A stretch of DNA of 64,000 bases from Candidatus Fusicatenibacter intestinigallinarum (GCA_019119555.1 DWWU01000034.1:11032-75031), one strand, 5' to 3'; shown: positions 45,319 through 56,973, numbered from the stretch's first letter. A program made the numbers and translations. Notes: generated from the letters alone by a model not told the origin.

Positions 45319-47692
45319 GGTAACCGATCATCGTGCAGCGGAGGCCATCTGTGGTGCAGATCAGCGCTCCCGCGTCAGCGGTCACATAGTAATCGGTTCC
45401 CACATCCTCCAGTCTCTGCAGAAGCTCCTGATGCGGGTGTCCGTAGCGGCCGGAGGAGGAACAGGAGATCACCGAAATCTCCGGCTGCACAATCGCGAGA
45501 AGTTCTTCCGGCGTAGAGTTTCTCGACCCGTGGTGCGCGACTTTCAGATAATCATACTGGAAGGGATTCTCTTCCAGCTGCCGCCAGAGTTTTTCCTCTC
45601 CTTCCCCCTGCACATCTCCGGTCAGAAGGGCGTCAAATTCTTTATAGTGCAGCGACAGGACAACGCTGCCGGCGTTTGGTTCCTCCTCATAGGATTCATC
45701 ATCCGGGTGCAGAACCTTCAATGTCAGTTCCCCGGCGGTGATCCTGTCTCCCTTTCTGAGATAGGCGACGGCAGCCCCGGCTTTCCCGGCCAGCTCCTCC
45801 AGTTCTGCCGCGCACTCCCCGCCCTGCATCCACAGAGGCAGGAGCAGCCGGCGGATGCGCAGCGCCGTCATTCCCTTTCCGCTCATCTCAAGCAGTTCAC
45901 GGATTCCGTTGACGTGGTCCTCATCGGAATGGGTCACAATCACTGCGTCCAGCGTGCGGATCCCCTGACTCTTCAGGTAAGGAAGAATCCTGTAGTTTCC
46001 CACATTCTTTTCATCGCTGCTTCCGCCGTCGATCAGCCAGGTGATCCCGCCGCCTTTCCGGACCACCAACGCGTCTCCCTGACCCACGTCCAGCGCGGTA
46101 ACGGACAGCGGCGGATTCCGCCGAACCAGGAGACAGGCTGTCGCCAGCACCAGAATGGCAGCGCAAAGCGCAGTTCCTCTGGGCGACCTCCAGAACCTGG
46201 CCGGCGGTTTCTCCATATTTTCCTCCCGCGATATCCGGGAAATTGCAAGGAGGACCGCGGTCAGGAGCATGTAGAACACCAGAATCCCTACCGGCGTCGG
46301 CTGCCCGCAGATCCAGACCGCCCCCGGAATTCTCTGAATCCCTTTCATCACAGCCTCATACAGGCCAAGCAGAAGGGAGGCCGGAAGCAGGGCCAGTTTT
46401 CCCAGGGGAACAGAAAAAAGACCCAGACAGCATCCCAGAATTCCGGAGCCCATCACCCACGCCATCGTAGGCAATAGAATCAGATTCGGAACAATCGAAA
46501 AAACCGGAATCTCATAAAAGAAGTATGTCGTCAGGGGAAGGGTGGTGAGGGTGATGAGCATACAGGAGGCGGCATTCTGTTTCAGGCTCTTTCCCCATTC
46601 GCTTTCCCTTTCCTTCCACTTCTGAGCCGGCGTCTCCTTCTTTCTTCCTTCTCTTTTTCGGGTTTCCCTTTTTGAAGTTTTCCTTTTCGGGTTTTTCCTT
46701 TTCTTTTCCTCTGCTTTTTCCACATGTTCCCTGCAAAACATTCCCTTTTTCCACACCGGCCACACAAGCGACGTGCCGAGCACTGCAGTGTAAGAGAGGA
46801 GAAAACCGCTGTAGCTGAGAGTTTCCGGCTGACCGATCAGCGTAATCACTGCCGCCAGCGCCAGAGCGCTCAGAGAATCGTAGGTGCGCCCCACCAGACC
46901 GGCAGCGGTCAGAATGACAAACATGTAAAATGCCCGCCGGGTGGCAACGCCATTTCCGGTAAACACTGTGTAGGCGGCCATTCCCGCAATCGCCAGCCCC
47001 GAGCTCAGAAAGCGATGGCATCCGAGTCTCTGAAGCAGACGGAACAGACCCATGCCAAGCATGGATAAGTGTAAACCTGAGATGCTGAGTACGTGGAGCA
47101 CGCCTCCCGCCTGATAAACCGCACGAATCTCCGGATCCAGAAGGGATTTGTCTCCGATCAGCATCGCCGAGAGGATTCCTGCCCGGGATTCCGGCAGCAT
47201 AAGCGAAAGCCGCTCTGACATCTGCGTGCGAAGCTGTTTCATTCCTTCCCGAATCCCCGGTTCCGCCATCCGCACTGCCCGAAGCTCCTCCGCCCACATG
47301 GTGTAAAAGATTCCCTGGGACGCATACCAGCCGGCAGTGTCAAACTGTCCCGGATTTGTCGGCGCCTCCGGTTTCTCCAGCGTTCCTTCCGTCTCTATGA
47401 TGCTTCCGATGGCAAACATTTCTTCCTGCTGTGTAATCAGATATAATTTTTTTACTGGAATTTCGTTCTCCTGAACCTTGAGAACACAAGATGTGATCAG
47501 ATAACTCTTAGAATTGTCTTTTCTTTCATAATCCTGAACCTGTCCCCGGACCTGTACGGTTTCTTCTGACTGAACCAGGGGCTCCAGCCGCTCTTTTTCG
47601 GGCTCCCCGAAAACGGGAAGCCCCAAAAGGCGTATCAGCCAGATTCCCAGTGCGAGTCCGAGACACACCAGGCACATCGGCCGTTTTTTCAT
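45299..47692 (-). CDS. comEC: DNA uptake channel ComEC/Rec2
   Basis: NPGQFD, HVLSISGLH, DVGQGD, THSDEDH, KVAHHGS, YGHPH. Confidence 0.93.
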   Translation of the reverse strand: MKKRPMCLVCLGLALGIWLIRLLGLPVFGEPEKERLEPLVQSEETVQVRGQVQDYERKDNSKSYLITSCVLKVQENEIPVKKLYLITQQEEMFAIGSIIETEGTLEKPEAPTNPGQFDTAGWYASQGIFYTMWAEELRAVRMAEPGIREGMKQLRTQMSERLSLMLPESRAGILSAMLIGDKSLLDPEIRAVYQAGGVLHVLSISGLHLSMLGMGLFRLLQRLGCHRFLSSGLAIAGMAAYTVFTGNGVATRRAFYMFVILTAAGLVGRTYDSLSALALAAVITLIGQPETLSYSGFLLSYTAVLGTSLVWPVWKKGMFCREHVEKAEEKKRKNPKRKTSKRETRKREGRKKETPAQKWKERESEWGKSLKQNAASCMLITLTTLPLTTYFFYEIPVFSIVPNLILLPTMAWVMGSGILGCCLGLFSVPLGKLALLPASLLLGLYEAVMKGIQRIPGAVWICGQPTPVGILVFYMLLTAVLLAISRISREENMEKPPARFWRSPRGTALCAAILVLATACLLVRRNPPLSVTALDVGQGDALVVRKGGGITWLIDGGSSDEKNVGNYRILPYLKSQGIRTLDAVIVTHSDEDHVNGIRELLEMSGKGMTALRIRRLLLPLWMQGGECAAELEELAGKAGAAVAYLRKGDRITAGELTLKVLHPDDESYEEEPNAGSVVLSLHYKEFDALLTGDVQGEGEEKLWRQLEENPFQYDYLKVAHHGSRNSTPEELLAIVQPEISVISCSSSGRYGHPHQELLQRLEDVGTDYYVTADAGALICTTDGLRCTMIGYRNRSAG

Positions 47693-48606
47693 TCACTGTT
47701 TTCCTCCAGATATGACAGGTCTTTTTCATAAAATTGATTCAGTTTCATACTTTCACGGAACGTCACATCACTCTCTCCGTTGATGGAGAACTGCACTCTC
47801 TGCACCGGGCAGTTGGTGGTGATGGAGTTCACCAGCGCATAGATCGGAATTTCCTGTGCAACGCTGATCGTTCCGTTTACAAACGTCTCGTCAAAATTGA
47901 CGTACGCAATATTATCCGAGGTCGTAACGCTCAGAATATTCGTATCCGGCGAAAGGACTGCGTAATGCCCCTCCTCCGACGGTCCTTTTACCAGCTGCTC
48001 CACAACCACCCGCTCCAGCGGCATACTGGTGCTGTAATAGACGGACCGCGTCTCAGACACCAGCTTATCCCCTGTTTCATTGGCAAAATACAGGGTCAGT
48101 GTTGTGTACTGGTAATTATTGATTTCCTTGCCTGCGTTTTCCACGAAGCTTTCCCGTGTCATCGGCCCGATCACATTTCCCGACGAGTCTTTCAGCTCTC
48201 CGTCCTCCGTTGTGATCTGTACCCGCTCCACCTCCGGGATCTGGGTAAAACCCCGCACCAGTCCTGCCCGGACAAGCACCTCGCGCGGACGGCTCATGGA
48301 TTCATAAGGTCCCCGGATCTTCAGCGTCAGCGTGCTGTCCTCCAGCGTCCAGCCTTCAATCTCCACATCCTTCGCCATCAGGCGCTGATAATCCTCCTTC
48401 TCGGGCGTCTCATTGAATTTCTCTGCAAATTCCTGAATCAGTTCCTCTCCCTGGGAAGCTTCCGGTTCACAGGCATTTTCCACCACCTGATTTCCGTCCA
48501 GCGACAGATAATACATAAAATAATCCGCCGTCTTCTCTTCACTCTCGCTGCGACTGCAGCCGGCGAGAAGGATAAGAACTGCCAGGACCGAAAACCAACG
48601 TCTCAT
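47689..48606 (-). CDS. GerMN-domain lipoprotein
   Basis: Lipobox LAGC; two GerMN-like repeats (TLYFAN...EQLVKGP...AYVNF...YALVNSIT). Confidence 0.8.
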   Translation of the reverse strand: MRRWFSVLAVLILLAGCSRSESEEKTADYFMYYLSLDGNQVVENACEPEASQGEELIQEFAEKFNETPEKEDYQRLMAKDVEIEGWTLEDSTLTLKIRGPYESMSRPREVLVRAGLVRGFTQIPEVERVQITTEDGELKDSSGNVIGPMTRESFVENAGKEINNYQYTTLTLYFANETGDKLVSETRSVYYSTSMPLERVVVEQLVKGPSEEGHYAVLSPDTNILSVTTSDNIAYVNFDETFVNGTISVAQEIPIYALVNSITTNCPVQRVQFSINGESDVTFRESMKLNQFYEKDLSYLEENSE

Positions 48607-48630
48607 GTTTTTCTCCTCCTGATTGTTGCG

Positions 48631-50115
48631 CTATGCCAGATATGTGAGCGGAATACGAACGGAAAACGTGGTTCCCTCGTTTTCCTTGCTGTAAACCTTG
48701 ATGGCCCCGCGATGCATGACAATCGCGCTTCTCGCTATGGCCAGCCCGAGACCGGTACCTCCGATTTCTCTGGAATGAGACTTGTCCACCCGGTAGAATC
48801 TCTCAAAAATATGATCCAGCGATTCCTTGGGAATACCGATTCCCGAGTCCGCCACCGTCACATAAAAATACTTGTGGTCGGCATTCAGGGAAACTCGCAC
48901 CCATCCGCCCTCCACATTATATTTGATTGCATTCTCTACCAGATTCGAGATCGCCAGCGTCAGCTTCGTCTCATCCACTTCCGCATTTACCGGTCGGAAG
49001 CTGTCAAGAATCAGTTCCACCTTTTTTGCTGCAGCAATCGGGCGGAGCCGTTTCAGAATCAGCTCCAGCAGATCATTGATATTCATCGATGTGATATTCA
49101 GATCCGCGGCCTTCTTATCCAGTTTCACCAGGGAAAGCAGATCTGTAATAATCTGATTTTCCCGGTCAATCTCCTCCGTGATGTCCTGCATAAACTCCTT
49201 ATAGAGCTCCACAGGTACGTCTTCCTGAGCATTCAGGGAATCCGCCAGCACCTTCATCGACGCCAGCGGCGTTTTCAGCTCATGGGACACGTTGGAGACA
49301 AACTCCTGGCGGGACTCATCCAGCGTGCGCACCCGCGCCAGCATCTTGTTGAACGCATCCGTGATCAGCTCTGTCTCCAGATAATCGGGAACCGAAATAT
49401 TCTCGTCCAGATATCCGTCCGTGATGTCCTCGATGGAACGGGTCACCTTCTGGAACGGGCGCACAAGAATGCCGGACAGAAAATATCCCAGGGCAACCAC
49501 AAACACCATGATGATAAGCAGCAACATGGTACCTTTCCGCTCCAGAATCTGCATATTCGCCTTGATCTCGTCCGTGGACACGCTGGCTAGCATGACGCCC
49601 AGCGTCTCCCCGTTTTCCTTATCCTGAATCCGGATCGTCATTTCAATGTAACTGCTCTTGGAATCGTAGCGGCTGGTATCCTTTCCGTTATAACTGTCGA
49701 TCACCTCCGGGGAGACCATCGTCTTTCCACGGTCCAGATCATAGGTATCCTTGACGATCTTAAAATCCCTGTCGATAATCAGGATCCGTCCGCCGTATAT
49801 ATTATTCAGGATGCTCAGCTCTCCGTTGATCACCGTTGAGCTCTGATCCTGCAGGTAATTCTGCTGCACCATCTGATCGCAGATAATGTCGCACTGGTTT
49901 TTTACCGTAATGCTGCGGACCGTGACCGCCCGGTCTTCATAGCTGTCAACGATCCCGTTTTCCACAATAATCATCGGAACAATTCCGATCACCACAAGAA
50001 TAACGGTGATGCGGAACCGAAGACTCCGCAGAAATTTCCATCTTCCTTTTTTCCTGAAACTAAGCCTGGAAATAATAACCCACTCCCCACTTCGTATGTA
50101 CATATTTCGGTTCAC
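48631..50115 (-). CDS. HAMP-domain sensor histidine kinase (start uncertain)
   Basis: Two TMs, HAMP, SNVSHELKTPL, NLVENAIKY, DSGIGI, GGTGLGL; no in-frame ATG between the upstream gene's stop and TM1. Confidence 0.88.
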   Translation of the reverse strand: MNRNMYIRSGEWVIISRLSFRKKGRWKFLRSLRFRITVILVVIGIVPMIIVENGIVDSYEDRAVTVRSITVKNQCDIICDQMVQQNYLQDQSSTVINGELSILNNIYGGRILIIDRDFKIVKDTYDLDRGKTMVSPEVIDSYNGKDTSRYDSKSSYIEMTIRIQDKENGETLGVMLASVSTDEIKANMQILERKGTMLLLIIMVFVVALGYFLSGILVRPFQKVTRSIEDITDGYLDENISVPDYLETELITDAFNKMLARVRTLDESRQEFVSNVSHELKTPLASMKVLADSLNAQEDVPVELYKEFMQDITEEIDRENQIITDLLSLVKLDKKAADLNITSMNINDLLELILKRLRPIAAAKKVELILDSFRPVNAEVDETKLTLAISNLVENAIKYNVEGGWVRVSLNADHKYFYVTVADSGIGIPKESLDHIFERFYRVDKSHSREIGGTGLGLAIARSAIVMHRGAIKVYSKENEGTTFSVRIPLTYLA

Positions 50116-50749
50116 TCGGATTCGGCTCGATCTTTTCTCTCAGCCTCCGGATGTGAACGTCAACCGTACGGACATCGCCCGGATATTCGTATCCCCATAC
50201 AATATTCAGCAGATTTTCTCTGCTGTACACCTTGTTCGGATTAAACACCAGAAGTTCCAGGACGTCAAATTCCTTTGCCGTCAGGTTGATTTCTTTATCC
50301 TTGATAAATACGCGGCGGCCTTCGCAGTCCAGCTTCAGATCCCCGGCCTGAATCACCTTCGCTTTTTCCTCTTTGGCGGCAGGTTTGGTCGTGCGGCGCA
50401 TGATTGCCTTGATCCGCGCCTTTACCTCCAGAATATTGAACGGCTTTGTGATATAATCGTCCGCTCCGTATTCCAGACCGAGGATCTTATCCATATCCTC
50501 GCCTTTCGCAGTCAGCATGATAATCGGCACACTGGAAAATTCCCGAATCTGCTGGCATACCTGCATGCCGTCCATCTTCGGAAGCATAATATCCAGCAGG
50601 ATCATATCGTACTCATGCTCCCGCGCCATATTCAGCGCCTCTTCGCCGTCATAGGCACAGTCCACTTCCATCCCGTCCTGCTCCAGGCTGAAGCGGATTC
50701 CTTTCACAATCAGTTTCTCGTCATCTACTACCAATACCTTTTTCGCCAT
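50060..50749 (-). CDS. OmpR-family response regulator (WalR-like)
   Basis: VLVVDDE, LLDIMLP, DDYITKPF, RTVDVHIRRLREKIE, TKWGVGY. Confidence 0.92.
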   Translation of the reverse strand: MAKKVLVVDDEKLIVKGIRFSLEQDGMEVDCAYDGEEALNMAREHEYDMILLDIMLPKMDGMQVCQQIREFSSVPIIMLTAKGEDMDKILGLEYGADDYITKPFNILEVKARIKAIMRRTTKPAAKEEKAKVIQAGDLKLDCEGRRVFIKDKEINLTAKEFDVLELLVFNPNKVYSRENLLNIVWGYEYPGDVRTVDVHIRRLREKIEPNPSEPKYVHTKWGVGYYFQA

Positions 50750-50796
50750 AACTCTCTCCTCATATATAACTAAAAGCGCAAATCTGCCGGACAGCA

Positions 50797-51531
50797 TTAC
50801 ACTGTAATGGAATCCTTAATCTTTTCAAACATTTTTTCCTTAATACCGTCGATTTTCATGATTTCCTCAATTGACTGAAACTTCCCGTTCTCTTCCCGGT
50901 AGGCAATAATCGCTTTCGCACGGCTCTCTCCGATCCCGGAAAGCGTCATCAGTTCCGCCTCGTCCGCCGTATTGAGATTGACCTTTTTTCCTGCGGAGAC
51001 GGACAGTGCTCCGCCTTCACCAGAATTTCCGCCGGGATTCTCCTGAACAGGGATTTCTCCGCTCTGCACCTCTTCGACGGTGAGTACGGTAATCTGCTCT
51101 CCGTCTGACAGCAGCCTGGCCTGATTCAGCGCCCTCGGCTCCGCAGTCTCCAGAAGCCCGCCGGCCATTGCCACTACCTCATAAACGCGGCTTCCCTCCG
51201 GCAGCGTATACACGCCCGGACAAACCACGGCACCGCAGACATACACCTGAATCTGCACCGGCTGCGAACCGCCTTCGCTCCCTTCTTCCTGTCCGCTTTC
51301 TGAAACAGAAGAAGACGAAAAATCCTCCGCCGTCCCGGAATCTGAAGACGAAGATTTCGCCTGGTCAGAGAACTCTGCCCGGGACACAGTCTCCGCCGAT
51401 TCCGACCATTCACAGGATTCTCCGCCGACAGAATAAGACACTTCCTCACTCCCACACCCGGACAGCAGAAAAATCACCAGAACTGCCGGCGCCAGAGCTA
51501 CGGGACATCTTCGTTTTTTTCTCATCAGCAT
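50797..51531 (-). CDS. comEA: Competence protein ComEA
   Basis: SLBB (VYVCGAVVCPGVY) plus HhH (VNLNTA..L.TLSGIGESRA...GIKEK). Confidence 0.9.
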   Translation of the reverse strand: MLMRKKRRCPVALAPAVLVIFLLSGCGSEEVSYSVGGESCEWSESAETVSRAEFSDQAKSSSSDSGTAEDFSSSSVSESGQEEGSEGGSQPVQIQVYVCGAVVCPGVYTLPEGSRVYEVVAMAGGLLETAEPRALNQARLLSDGEQITVLTVEEVQSGEIPVQENPGGNSGEGGALSVSAGKKVNLNTADEAELMTLSGIGESRAKAIIAYREENGKFQSIEEIMKIDGIKEKMFEKIKDSITV

Positions 51532-51640
51532 AACTCCTTTTCGCTCATGCGTAAAGGTCCCTTGCGTATGCATAACTTATTACATATTGTAGCGGAGTTT
51601 CTGCGAAAATACAAGATTTTTTTAGCAGACGAAAGACCTG

Positions 51641-51748
51641 GAGTTACAGTTCCGCCAGGTCTGTGCATATGCTGCACAAACCGTAGGAAAACGCAGAGCC
51701 TGTGGACATCCGGCCCATCGCGAAGCGATGTTCCATGGCCGGATGCCG
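51641..51748 (+). repeat. Dispersed structured repeat, copy C
   Basis: GTTACAGTTCCGCCAGGTCTGTGCA..TGCACAAACCGTAGGAAA...CATCCGGCCCATCGCGAAGCGAT..CATGGCCGGATG. Confidence 0.85.
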
Positions 51749-51776
51749 CAGGCTCCGGAGCTTCCTGCCGCCGCCT

Positions 51777-52211
51777 TTATTTTTCCCATTTAAAAAGAAT
51801 GATTCCTGCAATCGCCACCGCCATTCCAATCAACTTGCGCCACTCGAAGCTGGTTTTCTCCATTCCGAACAGCCCGAACAGTTCAATCAGCCACGCCGCA
51901 ATCAGCTGCGCGATCACGATCAGTAGCGCCGACTGGGCCGGCCCCAGGCTGTTCATACTCTGGATAACCGTGACCGTAATCGCAGCCCCGATCACTCCTC
52001 CCAGCAGAACATACCGCGGCGTTACCTGAAACAAGGCCGTAAGCTCCTGTCTCCCGGTAAAAATCCACGCGGCGATACAGACGGCCAGCGCCGTAAGCTG
52101 TACCCAGCCGGCGGATACCCACAGGCTCGTCTGTCTGGTCACCTGTGTGTTGAACACTCCCTGAACGCTCATCAGAATTCCCGATACCAGTGCAATGATA
52201 ATTCCTGTCAT
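51777..52211 (-). CDS. DMT-family (YdcZ-like) small membrane transporter
   Basis: Five TMs; SVQGVFN, LGGVIGA, IAQLIAAWLIELFGLFG. Confidence 0.85.
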   Translation of the reverse strand: MTGIIIALVSGILMSVQGVFNTQVTRQTSLWVSAGWVQLTALAVCIAAWIFTGRQELTALFQVTPRYVLLGGVIGAAITVTVIQSMNSLGPAQSALLIVIAQLIAAWLIELFGLFGMEKTSFEWRKLIGMAVAIAGIILFKWEK

Positions 52212-52335
52212 CTTTTTCCTCCATCTGCAGTACTGAATTTTACATTAGATTATGCAGAAAAAGGAAATTCTATGTAACCGTTCTGGGAACAGAGAAACCC
52301 GGAGCACTTTTTCTGCTCCGGGCCATCCCCTGTGT

Positions 52336-52360
52336 GCAACCGTTCAGCCAGCTGAACCTT
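52336..52360. repeat. REP-like palindrome
   Basis: GCAACCGTTCAGCCAGCTGAACCTT. Confidence 0.75.
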
Positions 52361-52398
52361 TCCCTTTCTCTGTACCGGAAGGAGTCTTCGGACATATG

Positions 52399-53586
52399 CT
52401 AAAAACTCTTCTCCAGTTTCTCAATCATCTCATCCACATCCGCCTTGCTGATTACCAGCGGCGGAACCATGCGCAGCACATCGGTTCCCGCGGTGATCAC
52501 CAGAAGTCCGTTTTCCATCGCCTTCAGAACGATCTCTCCCACCGGCCGGCCGGTGACTACCAGGCCCTGAATCAGGCCCTTGCCGCGGCGCTGGGCGAGA
52601 AAATCATACTTCTCCACCAATGCATTCAGCCGCTGTTCCAGATACGCGCCAACCTCCTGCACATGTTCCACAATCTTTTCCTTCTCAAAAATATCGAAAA
52701 CCGTGCGGACTGCCGCGCAAGCCAGAGGATTGCCTCCGTAGGTCGTGCCGTGATCTCCCGGCACCAGAGAATGCTCCGCGGTCTTTTTGTTCAGCACAAA
52801 CGCGCCCACTGGAATTCCGCATCCCAGCGCCTTGGCGCAGGTCATGATATCCGGCTCCACGCCGTATTCCTGCCATGCGAACATGCTCCCGGTCCGTCCC
52901 ATGCCGCACTGAATCTCGTCCAGAATCAGCAGAATGTCCTTCTCCTCGCAGAGCGCCTTGACTCCCCTGAGAAATTCCGGGTCCGCCGGGTAGATACCGC
53001 CTTCCCCCTGAACAGTCTCCATAATCACCGCACAGGTCTTCTCCGTCACCTGCGCCTTCACGCTGTCCAGATTATTGAACTCGGCAAACCGGATTCCGCC
53101 GATCAGCGGGCGGAACGGGTCCTGATAATGGGTATTTCCTGTCACGGAAAGCGCACCCATGCTTCTGCCATGAAAGGAATGGTTCATGGCGATAATCTCA
53201 TGATCGGTGTTTCCGTCTTTCAGATAAGCATATTTTCTCGCCGCCTTCAGAGCGCCTTCGATGGCCTCCGTTCCGCTGTTGGTAAAGAACACCTTGTCCA
53301 TTCCGCTGGCCTTGATCAGCTTCTCGGCCGCCTCTCCCATCGGCTCGTTGTAATACAGGTTGGACGTGTGGATCAGCTTGTCGATCTGATCTTTCAGTGC
53401 CTGGTTGTAAGTCTCGTTTCCATATCCCAGGGCAAAGACAGCGATGCCGGCCGCAAAATCCAGATATTCCCTGCCATCCACATCGTACAGCCGCACTCCC
53501 TTGCCGTGATCCAGTACAACCGGGTATCTGTTATAAGTATGGAGCACATACTGTTCCGATTTCTCCATGATTTCATTCGCTTTCAT
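52399..53586 (-). CDS. argD: Acetylornithine aminotransferase
   Basis: [38 protein letters not shown]; start at ATG 53586. Confidence 0.95.
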   Translation of the reverse strand: MKANEIMEKSEQYVLHTYNRYPVVLDHGKGVRLYDVDGREYLDFAAGIAVFALGYGNETYNQALKDQIDKLIHTSNLYYNEPMGEAAEKLIKASGMDKVFFTNSGTEAIEGALKAARKYAYLKDGNTDHEIIAMNHSFHGRSMGALSVTGNTHYQDPFRPLIGGIRFAEFNNLDSVKAQVTEKTCAVIMETVQGEGGIYPADPEFLRGVKALCEEKDILLILDEIQCGMGRTGSMFAWQEYGVEPDIMTCAKALGCGIPVGAFVLNKKTAEHSLVPGDHGTTYGGNPLACAAVRTVFDIFEKEKIVEHVQEVGAYLEQRLNALVEKYDFLAQRRGKGLIQGLVVTGRPVGEIVLKAMENGLLVITAGTDVLRMVPPLVISKADVDEMIEKLEKSF

Positions 53587-54469
53587 GATAGTATTTCTCC
53601 TCACTTTCATCCAGAATCGCCGTTCCGATTCCTTTATTGGTAAAGATCTCCAGAAGCAGACAGTGAGGAATCCTTCCGTCCAGGATATGCACTCTGGATA
53701 CCCCGTTCTCAATGGCGTCAATGCAGTTCTGCAGCTTTGGAATCATTCCTCCGCCCACATTTCCGTCGGCGATCAGCTGTTTCGCCTCGCTGATATGCAG
53801 TTCCGAGATCAGGCTGTCCGCGTCGGAGTAATCCCGGTAGACTCCCTCAATGTCCGTCAGGAACGCCAGTTTCTCCGCGCTCATCGCTTTCGCGATCGCA
53901 CATGCCGCGTCGTCCGCGTTGATATTATAGGTATGGAACTCATCGTCAAATCCCACCGGGCAGACAACAGGAAGGAAATCATTCTCAAGAAGCTTCCACA
54001 GCATTCCCGGCTCCACCGCATCAATGTCTCCGACAAATCCGATATCCTGTCCGTCAGACAGCTTTTTCTGCACGTGAAGCAGTGCCCCGTCTTTTCCGCT
54101 GATGCCGATCGCTTTTACTCCCAGGGATTCAATCATCGTCACCAGTTCCTTGTTAACCTTGTTCAGCACCATCTCCGCGACCTCCATCGTCGCCTCGTCA
54201 GTCACCCGAAGTCCATTGATAAATTTCGGCTCCATTCCGACTTTTCCCACCCAGCGGCTGATCTCCTTGCCGCCGCCGTGAACGATAATCGGCTTGAATC
54301 CTACCAGCTTCAGAAGAACCACATCCTTGATCACATTCCGTTTCAGTTCCTCGTCCACCATCGCGCTTCCGCCGTATTTGACAATGATGACCTTCCGATT
54401 GAACCGGCGGATATAGGGAAGCGCCTCGATCAGCACCTCCGCTTTATCAAGATACATTTTATTTACCAT
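53573..54469 (-). CDS. argB: Acetylglutamate kinase
   Basis: [30 protein letters not shown]. Confidence 0.96.
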   Translation of the reverse strand: MVNKMYLDKAEVLIEALPYIRRFNRKVIIVKYGGSAMVDEELKRNVIKDVVLLKLVGFKPIIVHGGGKEISRWVGKVGMEPKFINGLRVTDEATMEVAEMVLNKVNKELVTMIESLGVKAIGISGKDGALLHVQKKLSDGQDIGFVGDIDAVEPGMLWKLLENDFLPVVCPVGFDDEFHTYNINADDAACAIAKAMSAEKLAFLTDIEGVYRDYSDADSLISELHISEAKQLIADGNVGGGMIPKLQNCIDAIENGVSRVHILDGRIPHCLLLEIFTNKGIGTAILDESEEKYYHESE

Positions 54470-54507
54470 CTTTTTCTCCTTCCTGGCGCTCTGCCGCTTC
54501 CCCGCCT

Positions 54508-55731
54508 TTATGACCGGTAATCTGCGTTAATCTTTACGTAATCATAGGTCAGATCACAGCCCCAGGCCGTAGCCTGCGCCTCTCCCATATGAATATCCGC
54601 GACAGCCGTCACCTTTTTCTCCGACAGAATCCTGGTCGCTTCCTCCTCGCTGTAATCTGTCGCAACGCCGTCTTTGATAATCTGAAGCTTTCCTGCCTCG
54701 CTCTCAAAGTACAGGTCCACCTTTTCCGGGTCAAAGGAAGCGCCGGAGTATCCCATTGCGCAGAGGATCCGTCCCCAGTTTGCGTCATGTCCGAAAATCG
54801 CCGCCTTTGTCAGGTTGGAGGTGATGATCGATTTGCTCAGCGTCACCGCCTGCTCCTTGCTCTCGGCTCCAACGACCTTTACCTCAAAAAGCGCCGTCGC
54901 ACCTTCGCCGTCCCCGGCAATGTTCATCGCCTGAATCTTATTTACCTCAAAAAGCGCCGCCTTGAACGCTTCATATTCTTCATTCTTCTCGGTGATCTCC
55001 GGATTTCCCGCCATACCGTTGGCCAGCAGAAGCACGGTATCGTTGGTGGAAGTGTCTCCGTCCACGGAGACCATATTATAGGTATCCTGCACCACCTCGC
55101 TCAGCGCCTCCTGGAGAAGCTCGCCGGAGATCTTCACATCCGTTGTCACAAAGCTCAGCATCGTACACATATTGGGATGGATCATCCCGGAGCCTTTGCA
55201 CATGCTGCCGATGGTCACCGTCTTTCCTCCCAGCTCCAGAGAGACCGCCGTCTCCTTCGGATGGGTGTCCGTGGTCATAATCGCCCGCGCAGCCAGCGCA
55301 GCCGCCTCTCTGGTATCCTCCAGCATCAGTGCCAGTTTTGCGATACCGCCTTTGATCCTGTCCATCGGAAGCTGTTTTCCGATCACTCCTGTGGACGCCA
55401 CGAGCACCGCGGTCTCAGGCACATGGAGCATCCTGGCAGCCTCTTCTGCAGTGGCCCTGCAGTAGCCCATGCCTTCCTCTCCCGTACACGCGTTGGCGAT
55501 CCCGCTGTTGCAGACGACCACCTGCGCTCCGTCATGATGATGGACAATGTCCTGATCCCATTTCACCGGCGCCGCCTTCACCACATTCGTCGTAAAGGTT
55601 CCGGCCGTATGACACGGGGTCTCACTGTAAATCATCGCCATATCCATGATTCCTTCTTTTTTTATTCCTGCCGCGCAGCCCGCCGCCTGAAATCCTTTCG
55701 CCGCGGTAACGCCGCCTTCCACTTTCTTCAT
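54508..55731 (-). CDS. argJ: Ornithine acetyltransferase / N-acetylglutamate synthase
   Basis: [48 protein letters not shown]. Confidence 0.96.
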   Translation of the reverse strand: MKKVEGGVTAAKGFQAAGCAAGIKKEGIMDMAMIYSETPCHTAGTFTTNVVKAAPVKWDQDIVHHHDGAQVVVCNSGIANACTGEEGMGYCRATAEEAARMLHVPETAVLVASTGVIGKQLPMDRIKGGIAKLALMLEDTREAAALAARAIMTTDTHPKETAVSLELGGKTVTIGSMCKGSGMIHPNMCTMLSFVTTDVKISGELLQEALSEVVQDTYNMVSVDGDTSTNDTVLLLANGMAGNPEITEKNEEYEAFKAALFEVNKIQAMNIAGDGEGATALFEVKVVGAESKEQAVTLSKSIITSNLTKAAIFGHDANWGRILCAMGYSGASFDPEKVDLYFESEAGKLQIIKDGVATDYSEEEATRILSEKKVTAVADIHMGEAQATAWGCDLTYDYVKINADYRS

Positions 55732-55820
55732 ATTCTTCTCCTTCCCGACGCGCTCGCCGCGTCATCCGGCTGTTTTTTCGTAACAGTTTCGCTGACTGAA
55801 AAACCGCTGTTTTTCAGATT

Positions 55821-56861
55821 TTACGGAAATACCGGAGCCATCCGCAGTCCTTCTTCCTCCGGAAGGCCGAACATCAGGTTCATATTCTGTACGGCCTGGC
55901 CGGCAGCGCCTTTGACCAGATTATCCATCGCTCCCATCATAATGATACGGTTGGTTCTCGGGTCGATCCTGAAATTCACATCAACGAAATTGCTGCCCTC
56001 CACCCATCTGGTCTGCGGACAGACGCCGTCCTCCAGAACCCGGACAAACGTTTCATCCGCATAATATTTCTCATAAACCGCGCGCACTTCCTCCGGAGTT
56101 ACCTTCCGTTTCAGGCTGGCATAGGCAGTCACAAGAATTCCACGGTTCATCGGCACAAGATGGGGCGTGAAATTGATGCATACCGGATATCCCGCCGCAT
56201 AAGTCAGCTGTTCCTCGATTTCCGGGGTGTGGCGATGAGTTGCAACGCCATAGGCTTTGATATTTTCATTGACTTCGCAGAACAGATTGTCTACTTTCGC
56301 CCCTCTTCCCGCTCCGGAGGTACCTGACTTCGCGTCGATAATCACCGTGTTGCCGTCGATAATGCCTTCTTTCAGAAGCGGATAAATGGACAGCGTGGAA
56401 CAGGTGGGATAGCATCCCGGATTTGCCACCAGCCGCGCCTTCTTTACTGCCTTACGGTTGATCTCGCAGAGGCCGTAAACCGCTTCGTTGATAAACTGCG
56501 GCGCTTTGTGCTCCAGTTTATACCACTCTTCGTAAACCTTCACATCCTTGATGCGGAAATCCGCACTCAGGTCGATGACCTTTGTTTTTGAGAGAATTTC
56601 CTCATTCACCAGAGACGCACACAGGCCCTGAGGCGTTGCGGTAAAAATCACATCTGCCTCGCCGGCAAGCTGTTCCATATTGTCGTCTCTGCACACATCT
56701 TCCACCAGACGGAACATATTCTGATAAACGTCCGCGTATTTCTTATCTATATAACTTCTGGAGCCATACCATACGATTTTCGCTTCTCTGTGTCCGAGAA
56801 GAAGCCGGACCAGTTCCCCTCCGGCATAGCCTGTCGCTCCGATAATACCTACTTTGATCAT
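55821..56861 (-). CDS. argC: N-acetyl-gamma-glutamyl-phosphate reductase
   Basis: GATGYAG, DLSADFR, ANPGCYPT, HRHTPEI, DNLVKGAAGQAVQN. Confidence 0.97.
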   Translation of the reverse strand: MIKVGIIGATGYAGGELVRLLLGHREAKIVWYGSRSYIDKKYADVYQNMFRLVEDVCRDDNMEQLAGEADVIFTATPQGLCASLVNEEILSKTKVIDLSADFRIKDVKVYEEWYKLEHKAPQFINEAVYGLCEINRKAVKKARLVANPGCYPTCSTLSIYPLLKEGIIDGNTVIIDAKSGTSGAGRGAKVDNLFCEVNENIKAYGVATHRHTPEIEEQLTYAAGYPVCINFTPHLVPMNRGILVTAYASLKRKVTPEEVRAVYEKYYADETFVRVLEDGVCPQTRWVEGSNFVDVNFRIDPRTNRIIMMGAMDNLVKGAAGQAVQNMNLMFGLPEEEGLRMAPVFP

Positions 56862-56973
56862 TTTTTCCTCCTCCCCGACGCATCTGCTGCGTCATCGTAA
56901 CCGTTATGATTTTTATCATATCACAGTTCCCATCGCCTTTCCAGTACATGGTTTCCCACACATACCGGCTCAA

